From the NCBI RefSeq assembly GCF_006345805.1, contig NC_042999.1, positions 34,410,001-34,474,000 of the forward strand: 64,000 bases of DNA. Reading direction: 5' to 3'. The notes beneath the pieces were generated by a model. The model did not search any database, had not been told where the DNA came from, and worked only from the letters and a program-made list of their open reading frames with translations. Below, piece by piece: positions 1 to 13,150 of this stretch. Source of the stretch: Octopus sinensis. Lineage: Eukaryota. Position numbers and translations under genes: made by a program. Position 1 is the stretch's first letter, and every line of letters starts with the position of its first letter.

Positions 1-4
1 CCTT

Positions 5-225
5 ACTATTATTATTATTTTCATATAAATTCAACAGAATAGACTGTTGAGAGAGAAAAGAATCCGAAAATCGGGCTACAACAGGTAACCAAGTACCCTC
101 TTAAGTATCCCAGATGTTCCTAATGACACTGTTTTCTGGAGCTGTACTAAAATGGGTTTTATGCCTACTTCCGCTATCCATCTGTTCGTATCTTTAGGAA
201 TGGGATGCATTTTACTCATACTTTC
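5..225 (-). mobile_element. 3' end fragment of an R4/Dong-like non-LTR retrotransposon (RLE C-terminus, 3' UTR, TAA-type tail)
   Basis: The minus strand translates as ...IPKDTNRWIAEVGIKPILVQLQKTVSLGTSGILKRVLGYLL*. This resembles the QKxALLGTAxILRRxL C-terminus of the element at 58.8 kb. The fragment ends in aaaataataataatag. Confidence 0.7.
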
Positions 226-267
226 CTAGCTTTTGAATTACAGTCACTGTAATTAAAAAGCTTTGCT

Positions 268-370
268 TTCGGCGTCGATAAATTAAGTACCAGTTGCATA
301 CGGGCGTCGATCTAATCGACTGCCCCTCTCCCTCCAAAATTTCGGGCCTTGTGCCTAGAGTAGAAAATAA
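268..370 (+). mobile_element. SINE family A fragment (core plus tail)
   Basis: tttcggcgtcgataaattaagtaccagttgcatac...gtcgatctaatcgact matches the core of other family A copies. Confidence 0.75.
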
Positions 371-744
371 TTTTGCTGATACTATTCGCTTTTAAATATT
401 GTTGATGTTTCTTTTAAAACCAGTAATATTTACACTTGACATAAGCACAACATATACACAGCAAAAAATCTGTTTTACATTCAAAATATTATTTTACACT
501 GTACAATCTTGTTTTCTTCAGTTGCTAATATTGTTTACCTTTTATTTGTAAGTGTGATTTTCCTATTAAACATAATTAGTCCATCTGTCTAGAGAGAACT
601 TTTTTTACACAAAACATATACAGAAATAGTGTAAATATATGCGTACAACTCTTGCAATTTTAATGGTTTCTCTATTTAGAATTCACAGGGATTCTGTAAT
701 AAGCTAGCCAAATCATATGCATACACACAAACATTTAAATACAC

Positions 745-784
745 AGATATATATATATATACGCATATAAAAATACATACATAC

Positions 785-867
<83 letters not shown>

Positions 868-900
868 GTATATATGTGTGTATGTGTGTGTGCACACATC
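745..900. repeat. (TA)n/(TG)n microsatellite
   Basis: Direct dinucleotide runs. Confidence 0.95.
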
Positions 901-1269
901 ATTATACGCATACACACAATTTCATATATACTTGGATGCATGCAAACAAGCATCCCTAAATGTATTTCGACTCTAATATTTTCTCCTATTAGAGTTCAGT
1001 AGTGCAACTCCCAGATTCTGTTTCTAAACAGTTCATGAAATCTATTTATAAATTGCAATTTTGAACTGCATCAACATAAACATTTTCACTGTTCAATTTA
1101 AATGAAAGGTCGATGGCAAATGTCGAGTTCCATCATCAAGGACAATACAATAAATTCTTATAAAATAAATATTCCCTCTCTCCTCTGTCTATTACTCCTG
1201 CCTCGCCCACACGTGTACGCACACTTACATACACGTACGCGTACACACACAAACAACACACACATATTT

Positions 1270-1725
1270 TACTGGCGTCGATATAATCGACTTAATCCGT
1301 TTGTCTGTCCTTGTTTGTCCTCTCTGTGTTTAGCCCCTTGTGGGTAGTAAAGAAATAGGTATTTCGTCTGCTGCTACGTTCTGAGTTCAAATTCCGTCGA
1401 GGTCGACTTTGCCTTTCATCCTTTCGGTGTCGATTAAATAAGTACCAGTTACGCACTGGGGTCGATGTAATCGACTCTGTCCCTTTGTCTGTCCTTCTTT
1501 GTCCCCTCTATATTTAGCCCCATTGTGGGCTATAAAGAAATAAGAAACGTTAACAGGCCGGGCGAAATGCTTAGCGGCATTTCGTCAGTTATCTTGTTCT
1601 GAGTTCAAATTCCGCTGAGATCGACTTTGCCTTTCATCCTTTCGGGGTCGATAAATTAAGTACCAGTTGCATACTAGTGTGGATCTAATTGATTGGCCCC
1701 CTTGTGCCTAGAGTAGAAAAGAATA
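1270..1725 (+). mobile_element. Cluster of partial SINE family A copies
   Basis: Repeated ctgagttcaaattccg..gaggtcgactttgcctttcatcctttcgg.gtcgat..aagtaccagtt core and the tail ttgtcc.ctct.tgtttagcccc.tgtggg..ataaagaaata. Confidence 0.85.
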
Positions 1726-2089
1726 TTTCATATGGAATATCTCATACATAAACATAGCTTAATTTCGCGACAAAGCTTAATATTCATTTATTACTTCATA
1801 TTTCTGCACATGACAGAGACTACATTTGAAAACTTAGGGTCTCTTTTCTTTAACCCTACCAAATTTCTAACGCGGTTTCTGGAACAAGCTAGTTTCTCTT
1901 ATCTAGCGAGTGCTAGTTCTAGTGCAACCCTGTTCCTCTTACTTCTGTATGGAACTGACTGGCATCTTTAAGTGAATGGCAATATATAGGTAAAGAACGA
2001 GGAGAACTTGCAGAATTGTTAGTATGTCGGGCAAAATGCTTAGCGGCATTTCGACCGTCTTTACGTTCCGGTCAAGAAAATGGAAAAAA

Positions 2090-3365
2090 AGTAAAGGAAT
2101 GAAAGAGAAACTTTGCGAACTTTGCGAAGTGCCAGGGAAATTATATTAATATTGGCGAATTTGAATATTACAAAAAATTATTCAGTCGGGATAAATTTGA
2201 CGTTAAATTGCACTCCCTTCCACCGCAAGAGACGCTTAATGATATGAAAGACAGAACAATTTTGTACGAAACTGACGTCATGGCCACGGGTAAAATTGAA
2301 AACCATTAAAACCAATATGGCATGAAAGTTTGTACATTGCGAAAGGTACTAAGTTCGGAGTAGTGGAGGTGAGATTCAAGGACGCAGCAACAACAAAAAA
2401 GCACGCATTAAGAGAGAGGAAACGGTGCTTTTGCCCACTTACCGTGGACAACGTGCCAAAGGGCTAGGTTGGAGTGAATCCGCCAGAGATAGTTGTGACC
2501 TGTATAGCAGCCGCTCTCCTTCTGAGTAATTGAGTAATGAGGACAACAAAGCGGTTCTCCAGGCCACAAAAAACGCAAACTGTTATATGGAAGGGACAGA
2601 TACCGGACATAACTAGTCACGGTTCAACCGAAACCTTAAAAAACATTACAGAAACAATAATTTGGACGACGTGATAATGAGGGTCAGGGTGGAGGGCAAA
2701 ATCTCTCGAAGTTTTAAATGTGGCCTGAAAGGCCACATCAGTGCTGACTGTCTTTCAGCGATCAAAATGACGGAGGAGATACAAGAGGAAGAGCCCCAAA
2801 AAGAGCAAGAAAATAAGGAGAAAGGAAAAATATCAACAGAAGTAGAGAAGAATGAAACAGACAACGAATGGGAAAAAATAGGAAAAGGAACAAGAGAAAA
2901 AGAAAACAATTAAGCCCCATAACCACCCAACATGCAGACGCACCCTCTTCGACCTATCCTCCCCCTACAGACACCAAACCTGCCCATTCCCCTCTGACAC
3001 AGAAAAGTGTACAGGCAGACAAGAACTCCCAAACTCCACCCCACTTGCTCGTTGTGCTAGGGTGAACAGAAAGAAAAGATAACAAAATGTTAAAGTGGAT
3101 ATAGATGTCGGGAGGTGAAATTGGATTGGGATGTATTACCACAGTATATGGCATATGAAGAAGTGGGGGAAGGGTTTGGAATCGATATTCGAGTGGGAAC
3201 GAAGTTTAAAATGTATAAATGAAACTGCTATGAAGTGGGGCAGAGTGGCATCATTCCATTTTCATTTTACTGTTCATGTCATTTTTTCATACGTTGGTTC
3301 TAAAATTTTTTCACTTATTTGTATATTGTCCCCTCTATGTTCGCCCTGTCATGGGTAATAAAAAA
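2090..3365 (+). mobile_element. Decayed, internally deleted L1/Tx1-like LINE: ORF1 remnant with CCHC zinc knuckle, then a short 3' end with A-tail
   Basis: Frameshifted reading ...GVVEVRFKDA...VIMRVRVEGKISRSFKCGLKGHISADCL (CxxCxxxGHxxxxC knuckle with the first C lost), then a Lys/Glu-rich tail, ending in taataaaaaaa at about 3357-3366. The clade assignment is an inference. Confidence 0.6.
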
Positions 3366-3369
3366 ATTT

Positions 3370-3562
3370 AGAATCGTTAGCATGCTGGACGGTATGCTAA
3401 GCGGTATTTCGCCCGTCGCTACGTTCTGAGTTCAAATTCCGCTGAAGTCGACCTTGCCTTTCATACTGTCGGTAACTTAAGTACCATTTGAGTACAGGTG
3501 TCGATGTAATCGACTTAACTTCTCTCCCCAAATGACAGACCTTGTGCCTATAGTAGAAATGA
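3370..3562 (+). mobile_element. SINE family A copy (diverged)
   Basis: gaatcgttagc...gctaagcggtatttcg...ctgagttcaaattccgctgaagtcgacc...gcctttcat. Confidence 0.8.
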
Positions 3563-3564
3563 TT

Positions 3565-4370
3565 ATAAATACCATATAAAATTAAAATATATGTATCAAA
3601 TATTAAATGAAAAAAATAAAAAATAAAAATACCTATGGAAATGTGATTATAAGATTTTTCTGATATACATTAAATACACTATTCTAGGTAGAATAACAGA
3701 TCCTTGGTGTTATACCTTATACTTAGTGGAGGTGCAAGGTTTAGTAATCCATTGAAAATTTATTTGTTATACTAACTAGGAAGGAGGAGAATTCGAATAC
3801 TGAAGGGGAAAATATATAATATAAATATTGGAAGATTACAGATCAAAAGGATTAAGGTTTATTAGAAAGCAATACTACATAGATCTGGAGATAATAGAGG
3901 GTATATTATGAAAGATACAACACCCTGGATAACTCGTGCTAGCAAATCATACTATGATATACTTATAACCTGCTTCTGAAGTATTTAAAATTACAGGCAA
4001 TTCTATGAACACATGATGGTCTAATTTATTATTAACTAGGTTTTCCTTATCTCTATATTTGAATAATGCATATATCTTCATACAACATAGTTGCTATCCA
4101 TAAGCCATACACAAATAGCCGGTATGAATTCTTTCCCCGCATAGTTAGTATAATACATTTATTTACAACAGATTACTAAGTCTTGCGCCTTCCCTAAGTA
4201 TAACAGATAATCCCTAGGATCTGTAATTATGCTACATAGATCAGTGTATTTGATGAATTTTAGAAATATATTATAAACACATTTACATAGGTATTTTTAT
4301 TTATATTTTTTCAATAGATATTTAATACATCTATTATTTTATATGGTCTTTATAATAACATACCTAAAAA
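3565..4370. repeat. Diverged inverted repeat (arms about 3565-3830 and 4125-4370)
   Basis: The reverse complement of about 4130-4365 aligns by eye to 3565-3815, sharing ataccatataaaat, aaaatacctatg.aaatgtg, aaatacact, aacagatcct, ttatacttag, ttagtaatc and ttatactaacta. Confidence 0.7.
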
Positions 4371-5815
4371 ATTATTTTCAATATTCCAATATAAGTTACA
4401 TTATAATTTATAGATTAAGCCTTATTTTATTTTATGGTATTTTTATTTATCCTTTCTATCAGTTATACATTTTACATCATTCTGTAAGGAAATCTATATC
4501 TATAAAACAGTCCTTGGACTAAAATTGTATGCACATTTTGCTTTGACGTTTAATGGCGGCGAAACCGAGGCTAGGATCGAACTGAAAATTGGCAGGAATA
4601 CTGAATGCGTAGTGAGGATGAGACCCACGAAGGTTAAAATTCGCAAACTATAAAGATGTGGTTGCTATGGCAAAAAGAGTGATTTTTTATCAATTCAACG
4701 GGCCCCAGAGCCCCTCTAGGTTTGGGCGATTAGCTTTTAATGCCCAGCGGCATGCATTGCAGGCTGTTGTGCTTAATAAACATGCATTTTGTTGCGAAAT
4801 TCCAGCTACTAGGAAACGATTTTTCATTATTAAAAGACGAGTGCTTTTTGCCCTCATTTTCTTTTTAATCTCTATTTCTTTTTATCGTCTATTTATTTCT
4901 GCTGACCACTTACGACGGTGATTCAGTTGACTAGGAAAACTATACGTGATGAATATCCAATACTAATCTATCTTAATCTACCTACTGAAACTGTATTAAA
5001 CTTTGGCAAGCTTACCTTTACCTATTCTGAGTTACTTGAAAGTTGGGCCTTCCCTACACTCTCTTCTGATTGATGATACCTTTTTTTTACCTTTGATACC
5101 GTTGTTTCACTTTAAGGATGCTTCCTTACCCAGCCATTATGATATTTCGACTACTGTCCATAGTTTCAAATAGGTTTTAGCATTGGCATTCTAGCATTTT
5201 TTAAACACTCACATATGATTCGTCCCAAAGAATCAAACTTTAACTAAGAATTTTACTTCCACTAGCGAAAGCTATAAGTATTTTTCAGGAAGTTCCATAC
5301 CAATTTAACTTTATGCAGCATTCGCTGTTAGTTTATATGCACGCTATGTGGAAAGATAGAAGAAAGGGTCTTTTGTTAGCTTTTCTCTCCGAAAGAAATA
5401 GCTCCCTTTGCTGTTGAAAAAAATAAACTGGCAGAGGGGAAGTTTCAAAATCTTCCTTCAATTTCCTTACACCAATTATGTGGCTGTTTCTGACAAGAAC
5501 TTTCGCTTACATGTAAAACAACTATATTTTGTTGTCATTATCCGTAATCTACTCCCAAGACACTTCAGTAGCTCTATTTTACATTGCTTGCAAACTTATA
5601 TGTTTATGATAATCAAGGTGCTACGACATCCACAATAACCAGCCTTCAATTTGATTTTCAGTTCCTAGGTTACTCGGAAACAGATTGGCATGCTACACAT
5701 AATCCTTCGCGGTAGTTCAATTATTTCGTGAAATAAATACCACGAAAGCAACTTAAACCGCCCAAATGGTAGCATTTATATAATTTTCATATTTTTATTG
5801 TTCTTTGTATTTTAT

Positions 5816-5819
<4 letters not shown>

Positions 5820-5879
<60 letters not shown>

Positions 5880-6100
5880 GTATATATGTATATATATATG
5901 TATATGTATATATGTATATGTATATATGTATATGTGTATATATGTATATGTATATATGTATATGTATATATATGTATATGTATATATGTATATATATATA
6001 TATGTATATATGTATATGTATATATATATATATGTATATGTATATATATATATATGTATATATATATGTGTATATATATATATATATATATTTATTTATA
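5820..6100. repeat. (TA)n/(TATG)n compound microsatellite
   Basis: Direct repeat runs. Confidence 0.95.
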
Positions 6101-6764
6101 TATAGAGGGCATTATTATACATACATGCCACACGCTAAGAGGGACAAAATTAGTCATTTCTACCAAAAAGTTTACTAATCCCACCGAATGCAATTTTTCA
6201 AAGTAAGACATTTAAAAATATGGACTTGTATCACCTGTGATTTCATACCTCTGTATTCATCAGCAAGCCTGGACGTATCATAAATAAACGACCCTACCTC
6301 GTCTAAGCCGAGCAGCTAACTGATCAACATCAACGAAGCACATGGGTGAGTTTACATATATTACATCCGGTAAATGGCAGACTTTTACGAATTGCATTTC
6401 GGGAAAGGATTGTTTTTTCGGAATAAAAATTTAGCAATTAAGGACAACTTCTTAATAAGGAAAACTTAACAAGAAATTATCGGGTAGATAGCGTGAAAGA
6501 CCTCATAAGAGAAAAACATTTCGAAAATAATTCTTTCTTATTGAACATATTAATTTATATATAGAGGGCATTATTATACATACATGCCACACGCTAAGAG
6601 GGACAAAATTAGTAATTTCTACCAAAAGTTTTACTAATCCCACCGAATGCAATTTTTCAAAGTAAGACATTTAAAAATATGGACTTGTATCACCTGTGAT
6701 TTCATACCTCTGTATTCATCAGCAAGCCTGGACGTATCATAAATAAACGACCCTGCCTCGTCTA
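6101..6764. repeat. Direct repeat of 205 nt (6101-6305 and 6560-6764, period 459) flanked by (TA)n
   Basis: The two copies differ at only about 3 sites (tagtcatt/tagtaatt, aaaaagttt/aaaagtttt, cctac/cctgc). Confidence 0.9.
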
Positions 6765-8957
6765 TATATATATATATATATATAACCTCTGATATATTTG
6801 CGTAGTTTATATAGCTTATAAATGGTTCCTAATCTCTCGCATAAAATTCTGTATAATACAATATTATATTTTATATTTATAGTTACACATATTTTATATT
6901 TATAGTTACACATTTTTAATATTTGTGTATCTATATTTGACATCTTTATACATTTGTATATCTTTTTATATACTTTCCAAGTGTTTGTAAGTTATAATTT
7001 TTTTATAAGGTCTTTTTATATAATTTACTGGATATGGGAATCCATATTCTAGCATATTTTTAATAATGCATTATTCATTAAATGCTTACATGCCCAAATA
7101 TATATATATCCGCATGAACATTAAGTGCTAGATTTATCCTATCAACGTTAATGCATCATTCAACCTGCTGCTTGGATTTACTTGAGATTATAAGTAAGCA
7201 TTTACACCTTCACGGAAATACGAATAAACACCATACCCTCCGAATTAACATGAACTATGAACCTTATACTTGTATCTACTTTCAATTTTCTGTCTAGAAC
7301 ATCCCTGCACACCCCTGTTGTCTCTGACGGAATACTCAGTGCATGGAGATGTCGATCAACATATTGAAACATATCGCCGTAATGTGTTAACCGCCATGTT
7401 TGAGCAAGGAAATCATTATTAAATTCCAAGTTAGCTCAAACAATCGGGTGGATTTGAGCTGATATTTTTTGTATCATATTTTGTTCACATGTTTACTATG
7501 TTGAGTCGGTTCTAATGGTCAGCGTTGATAGCGACGGATGATCGAGCATCAGTATTATCATCAGTGTATCCGTTTTGACCGTCTACGTAATTACAAGGAA
7601 AAAGAGTACCGACGTAGATTCATTAAATATATTTCAATCATATTCACATATATACGCACAGTATATATGTGAATATACACGGAAGCGAATAATATACGCA
7701 CTAGTATGTTTACTTACAAGCAAGTATAAACTCTCATACAAATATGTATGTATATATTTATGTAGGCATCTGTAGGAACCATGACAGAAAAGAATTTAAC
7801 TATCTTTATTAGAAGACGTAAAAATGTAAAATGTATTCCGCTGAATCTACTGATGACAACATTTCGAAATTAAAGTCTGATTCCAGTGATACAATGCTAT
7901 CTCATTATTTCATCTAACTTCAATTACAGCGCAGATATACGTTTCCTGCTCTGTTACAGGTAATAGATTTTCTGATATATTGTATCTCATTTCGAATGTA
8001 AAATACATATTAAACAGGGCTTGTTATTGATTCTGTCATAATGTATTACATATCGGTATCTCGCTAGGAGTTAACAATGCGCAAATATTCTCTGGCGTCA
8101 GTTATGGAATATCCATGAACATGCTCGGTGACATAGACGAAGTAATTATTCAATGCTTTGCTCTCACTCTCACGTTTTGCTGAATTGAATAGACACTAGG
8201 TTTAACATAGACATAACTGAAGATATCCTTGAAATCAAGATTCATTTCCTTGTCCTGTTGTGTTACTGCCAGTTTCAATTTAATTCCCAATACAGAATCC
8301 TTAGCTTGGACAAACCTGATTCAAAAAGCACAGTATAATTTTTAGAAATCAATGTCGAATAGAAAACTGGCTCCCGTCGGGAAAATACCCAGCAATATTT
8401 GCTTGCAGCCTCTTTATCTTTTTGAGCATACATACAGCACGGATACACGTTGCGTTTAATCCTTTTCAAATCCATACAATTAGAACAGATCAGATTAATG
8501 AAACATGGATTAGCGTTATCGACTATACCCTAAAGAAATATCTTTTATGAGAAGGAGACTGTGACGATTAAAGTGATCAGATGAATGCGCAGGTTTAGTA
8601 AAAATTATTTAAAATTTTCAAAGATCATAATGAAGATAGAATCATTTTGTCCTTTCAAAATCTAATTTTATTCTATTTTAAAAGAAAAGTGGGACGGGGC
8701 AATAGAGTAGATTAGGATTTCTCAGGGTTTTATAACAAGTAAAACAGAGGCCGTTTCATCATAACCAATATCTAATAAGACCATGCAAATGGGATTGAAA
8801 ACAATTAAATAAAATAACTAAGTCGTGTTTAGTAGTAAGTTTTACTGTGATTGAACATGTTAATCACGTTGAATTTCGACAGATAGTGAACGTAATCACA
8901 TTTTACGATTTCAGTCATAAAACGTAACCTTAATCTCACGATAGGTTAGTGAGGTGA

Positions 8958-9335
8958 AAGGCGGCGAGCTGGCAGAATCGTTAGCACGTCGAGCGAAGTG
9001 CTTAGCAGTATTTCGTCTGCCGTTACGTTTCATCCTTTCGAGGTCGATTAAATAAGTACCAGTTACGCACTGGGGTCGATATAATCGACTTAATCCGTTT
9101 GTCTGTCCTTGTTTGCCCTCTCTGTGTTTAGCCCCTTGTGGGCAATAAAGAAATAGGTATTTTGTCTGCCGCTACGTTCTGAGTTCAAATACGCCGAGGT
9201 CGACTTTGCCTTTCATCCTTTCGGGGTCGATTAAATAAGTACCAGTTACGCACTAGGGTCGATATAATCGACTTAATCCGTTTGTCCTTGTTTGTTCTCT
9301 CTGTGTAGCCCCTTGTGGGCAGTAAAGAAATAAAG
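8958..9335 (+). mobile_element. SINE family A, one head with two tandem core/tail units
   Basis: Head ggcggcgagctggcagaatcgttagcacg...cttagcagtatttcgtc, with core and tail present twice. Confidence 0.9.
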
Positions 9336-9859
9336 AAATAGGTTAGTGAAGTGATATGAATGGACAGGAATTGATTCTTTACTAATCACAGCTGCCCTAC
9401 AACAAATGAACGTATTCTATACAAATCCCTAAAATCATTTTCATTCAGAATATATGCATTATAATATCACTTTCAAATTTTGGCAGAAGGCCAGAAATAT
9501 GGGGAAGCGATTACTCGATTACATTGACTCCAGTATTAAACTTTTATGTATTTTATTCACCCTGACAGTTTGAAAAGCAAAGCTGAGACCCTGCTGGCAT
9601 TTGAACTGAGGAGGTAAAGTCGAAAGAAATACAGCTACGTATTTTATCCGGTGCGGTATCGATTGCGCCAGTTCACCACCTCATCTAAATATTATAATGT
9701 TGAACATTTCTGTTCAATAAACAATTATAATGATTTGGTATATATATATATATATTTTAAAATGTGTAGAGGTAACACACGAGTTAGTAGATATTTATGA
9801 AAAAGAAAAACGAAAATGCTTTCTTTCAATTGGGTACATTTTAATTTCCCATTTAAAGA

Positions 9860-10250
9860 AGAATGTTTTTGTTTTGTTTTACATGTTTCAGTTTTTGGAA
9901 AACTGTATCGAAAATATGTACTAAAATAGAATATATAGAGAGAAAAGAGTACCAATACAATTAAATTAAAATTAAGATTAACATTCATAGTTGACCTTAC
10001 TTTTTTCTACAAGAGCACGTGGTAATTTCCGTTAATTTTCGTGACATGACAAGTTGAACTGTCTGTGACCGCAAATTACTACTTACTTGTAGAAAAACAG
10101 GAAAATAAACTATGAATGTTAATCTGAATTTTAATTTTAATTTTATTTTATCAATAGCTCTTTTCTCTCTACATATACTATTTTAGCACGTATTTTTGAT
10201 AAGTTTTTTTCAAAAACCGAAACGAGTAAAACAAAGCCAAAACATACTTA
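9860..10250. repeat. Fold-back inverted repeat (arms about 150 nt, spacer about 75 nt)
   Basis: ...gagagaaaagag...aattaaaattaagattaacattcatagtt...tttttctacaag (to 10013) is the reverse complement of cttgtagaaaaa...aactatgaatgttaatctgaattttaatt...ctcttttctctc (from 10086). Confidence 0.75.
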
Positions 10251-10679
10251 ATTTAGAGTATTTATATAAAGGAAAATTAATATATATGTATATAGCATAT
10301 ATCTGTCGTTGCACGGACTATATCATATATAATTTGGAGATTTTTTATGTTAATCACCCTGAAAATATTCCCACTTTTGAACTACCTGAGAAGTCAGGTA
10401 GTCATAGAAATATGAATTTTAATAATTTCCCAATATCGATTCCTATATTTCAATAATCCTCGAATATTATCTTATAATAGACATTTATGATGTCTACGTT
10501 ATCGACCTTCTATGTCTTTGCTAATAACTCTTAGCAATCTTTATAATCACATTTTATTCGGATGTCTTCCGTCCACTAATGATTTCAGACGATGATACCT
10601 TATCCTGCCCAGTCGCGAACCATGTTTCAGGCACTTGTCCACTAACGTCGTTCACTAAAATTGGTGTCTATATCTTATT

Positions 10680-10905
10680 TCTTTATTGCCCTCAAGGGGC
10701 TAATCATAGAGGGGACAAAGAAGGACAGACAAACGGATTAAGTCGATTGCATCGACCCCAGTGCGTAACTGATACTTAATTTATCGACCCCGAAAGGATG
10801 AAAGGCAAAGTCGACCTCGGCAGAATTTGAACTCACAACGTAACGACAGACGAAATACCACTAAGCATTTCTCCCGGCATGCTAACGTTTCTGCCAGCTC
10901 GCCTC
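10680..10905 (-). mobile_element. SINE family A, near full length
   Basis: Reverse-complement head (ggcgagctggcagaaacgttagc), core and tail are all present. Confidence 0.9.
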
Positions 10906-12729
10906 ATGTCTATATCTAGTGATGATAAATATATTAACCAGGAATATGTCTTGAGTCACACATATATGTAGATATTTATAAATGTAATCATACGCGTTTG
11001 AAGTTCTCCAGTAAGAACTAAAATAATTCTTAAATAAATAATCTATTCATACGAAACAATATCAATTGCCCTTGAAGCTACTACTCATATCTCAGGATTC
11101 AGGAGCATGTACCTCAAGGGTAGGATAGCAGCACACCTACACTTGCAAAATCTGTACATTTGTTAATCAATATAAATTTGTTTATCCATATCTTTTGCAT
11201 TTTCAATTTCCCTCCATACGCTTATGAATTTTATTTTTTATGTAACATAAGCAAGGGATCACAGCTTCTCCATTATCGAAACAACAGCTAAATCACCATA
11301 CTATTTCAAATTGGAAGAATGTATTAAAGTGTAACGTAGGTATATTATGTCAGAAAAACATGAATAGAGTAGTTTCGACTGGATTACCTTATATCATAGG
11401 TTCGCTAATCAGAAAGAAATCTCAGTAAAGCATTATTGAAGTACTCGTTACATGCAGACAACTTGTAGTAGTTTTTTTAAAATTCTGTCTGGACCTAAAT
11501 TGTTTAGCGTTAATGCAAATTAGGACGTTACATGAATATTTTGAAGGTCAGATTTTGTAATTACTTGTCTGGAAAATCTTCTTAGCCGACTCGACACCAT
11601 ATAAAAAAAAAAGACTTTTATTTAGGGTACCGCAAATTGCTAAACAACATATTCGCCAAGTAATCCTCTTAACTCAGAGCTACGAATTTATCTACCCACG
11701 CATTAACTTACTATGCGGTGACATGCGTGATGTTTTCAAATTATCCCACCCTCTGACATAAAGTTTTTTTATAAATATATCATCTCATTATATTTTAAAT
11801 AATGTTGGTTAAATTTCTTTAGTTTCGTATATTCCAACACTGCTGAGCTAATTGCGCAAAATGTATAAGCATTAACAATGTCCTGCACTCTACAATCTCT
11901 CAGTCGAAGCACTTATACTTTATAAAGTTTTCCTTCCATCTTTATACTGTAACCAAAAATCTGTATATTTCTTCCTTCGTGAGTTCATAGATAATTGTAT
12001 TTTATTTTGACAAATTCACGATATACAAATTTTTGGTGCATGAGAAACGTCTGTAACAATGAAAGGTAGTAATTTTCAGACGCCCGTAATTTCCTTTTAC
12101 TTTGATTTAATGTTGCATTTCTTGATTATTCTATTTTTCATTCACATTTACAATGGACGTCGAATTATTATTTGCGTCTAAACTGAAGTGTTTTCTTTTT
12201 TTTCCCCCTTTTTTCTCTTAATTTTTGTTCATCAGTTTATTTTTCTATTTTGAGTTACTTACAGAATATAATTTTCTTTCTTTTTTTATATGTTACACTA
12301 TTTTACTGTCCATTCCAGCACTTCCCCCATGTACATTATATTGACAGATAAATATGAGACATGTTTGATTTATCATTTGTTGACGAGATTCATTATTTAC
12401 ACGTAGACTTTCTCCGTGTATTATCTTTGTATATCAATCATGATATTAATGTCCTTTGTTGTGTGTGAGATGATTTTTATGCGTGCATTTTTTTTTTAGT
12501 TTCTTTAATGTATTTTGTTATCAGGCTCGGCAATGTCATTTTTCACTAACACTATTTGCGATATATTTATTTGTATGATATCCTAATACATAATCTGTTG
12601 ACAGTTTGTGACTCACGAGTGAAAGATATCCAATGTTTTATCCTGATATTTTGTTTGTTCATTTTTTGTGAATGTGAAGGTGATGCAGGATTTTTTTTTA
12701 TGTTGTTAGCAGAGAAAATATTAGTATGT

Positions 12730-13150
12730 AGTATTGTTAACAGAGATGATATTAAGATTTGGTGTTGTTATTTGCGAAAACGTTAGGATTTGGTAATAGT
12801 TGTAGAGAACAGGTTAGTATTCGTTAGTAGTAACGAAGTAAACAGCATCTGATATTGGTTGTACAGCAGATATTAGTAGTTGGTATTTATACTATCAAAG
12901 AGGATCGTATTTGATAATGGTAATAGCGAAGTGTACACTATTTGATATCGTCTGAAGAGAACAGCAAAACATTTGGCGTTGGTAGTAAAGATATTAGCAT
13001 TTGTTTGTGGTGGTGAAGCGATTAGTACCAAGTATTGTTTATAGAAGGAAAAGATAGTATTTGATATTGGTAGCAGTAAAGAGGTTAATACTTGTCGTTG
13101 GAGAAGGTGAGTAAGTTAGTATTTAGTACTGGTACTAAAAATACTAGTAC
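12730..13150. repeat. Degenerate minisatellite of about 30 nt
   Basis: Recurring gtatttg(a/g)ta(t)tggtagtag/aaag-like units. Confidence 0.5.

Noticed and set aside
7850-7875. CTGATGA...GAAA hammerhead-like string
   Set aside because: No stem II or stem III pairing.
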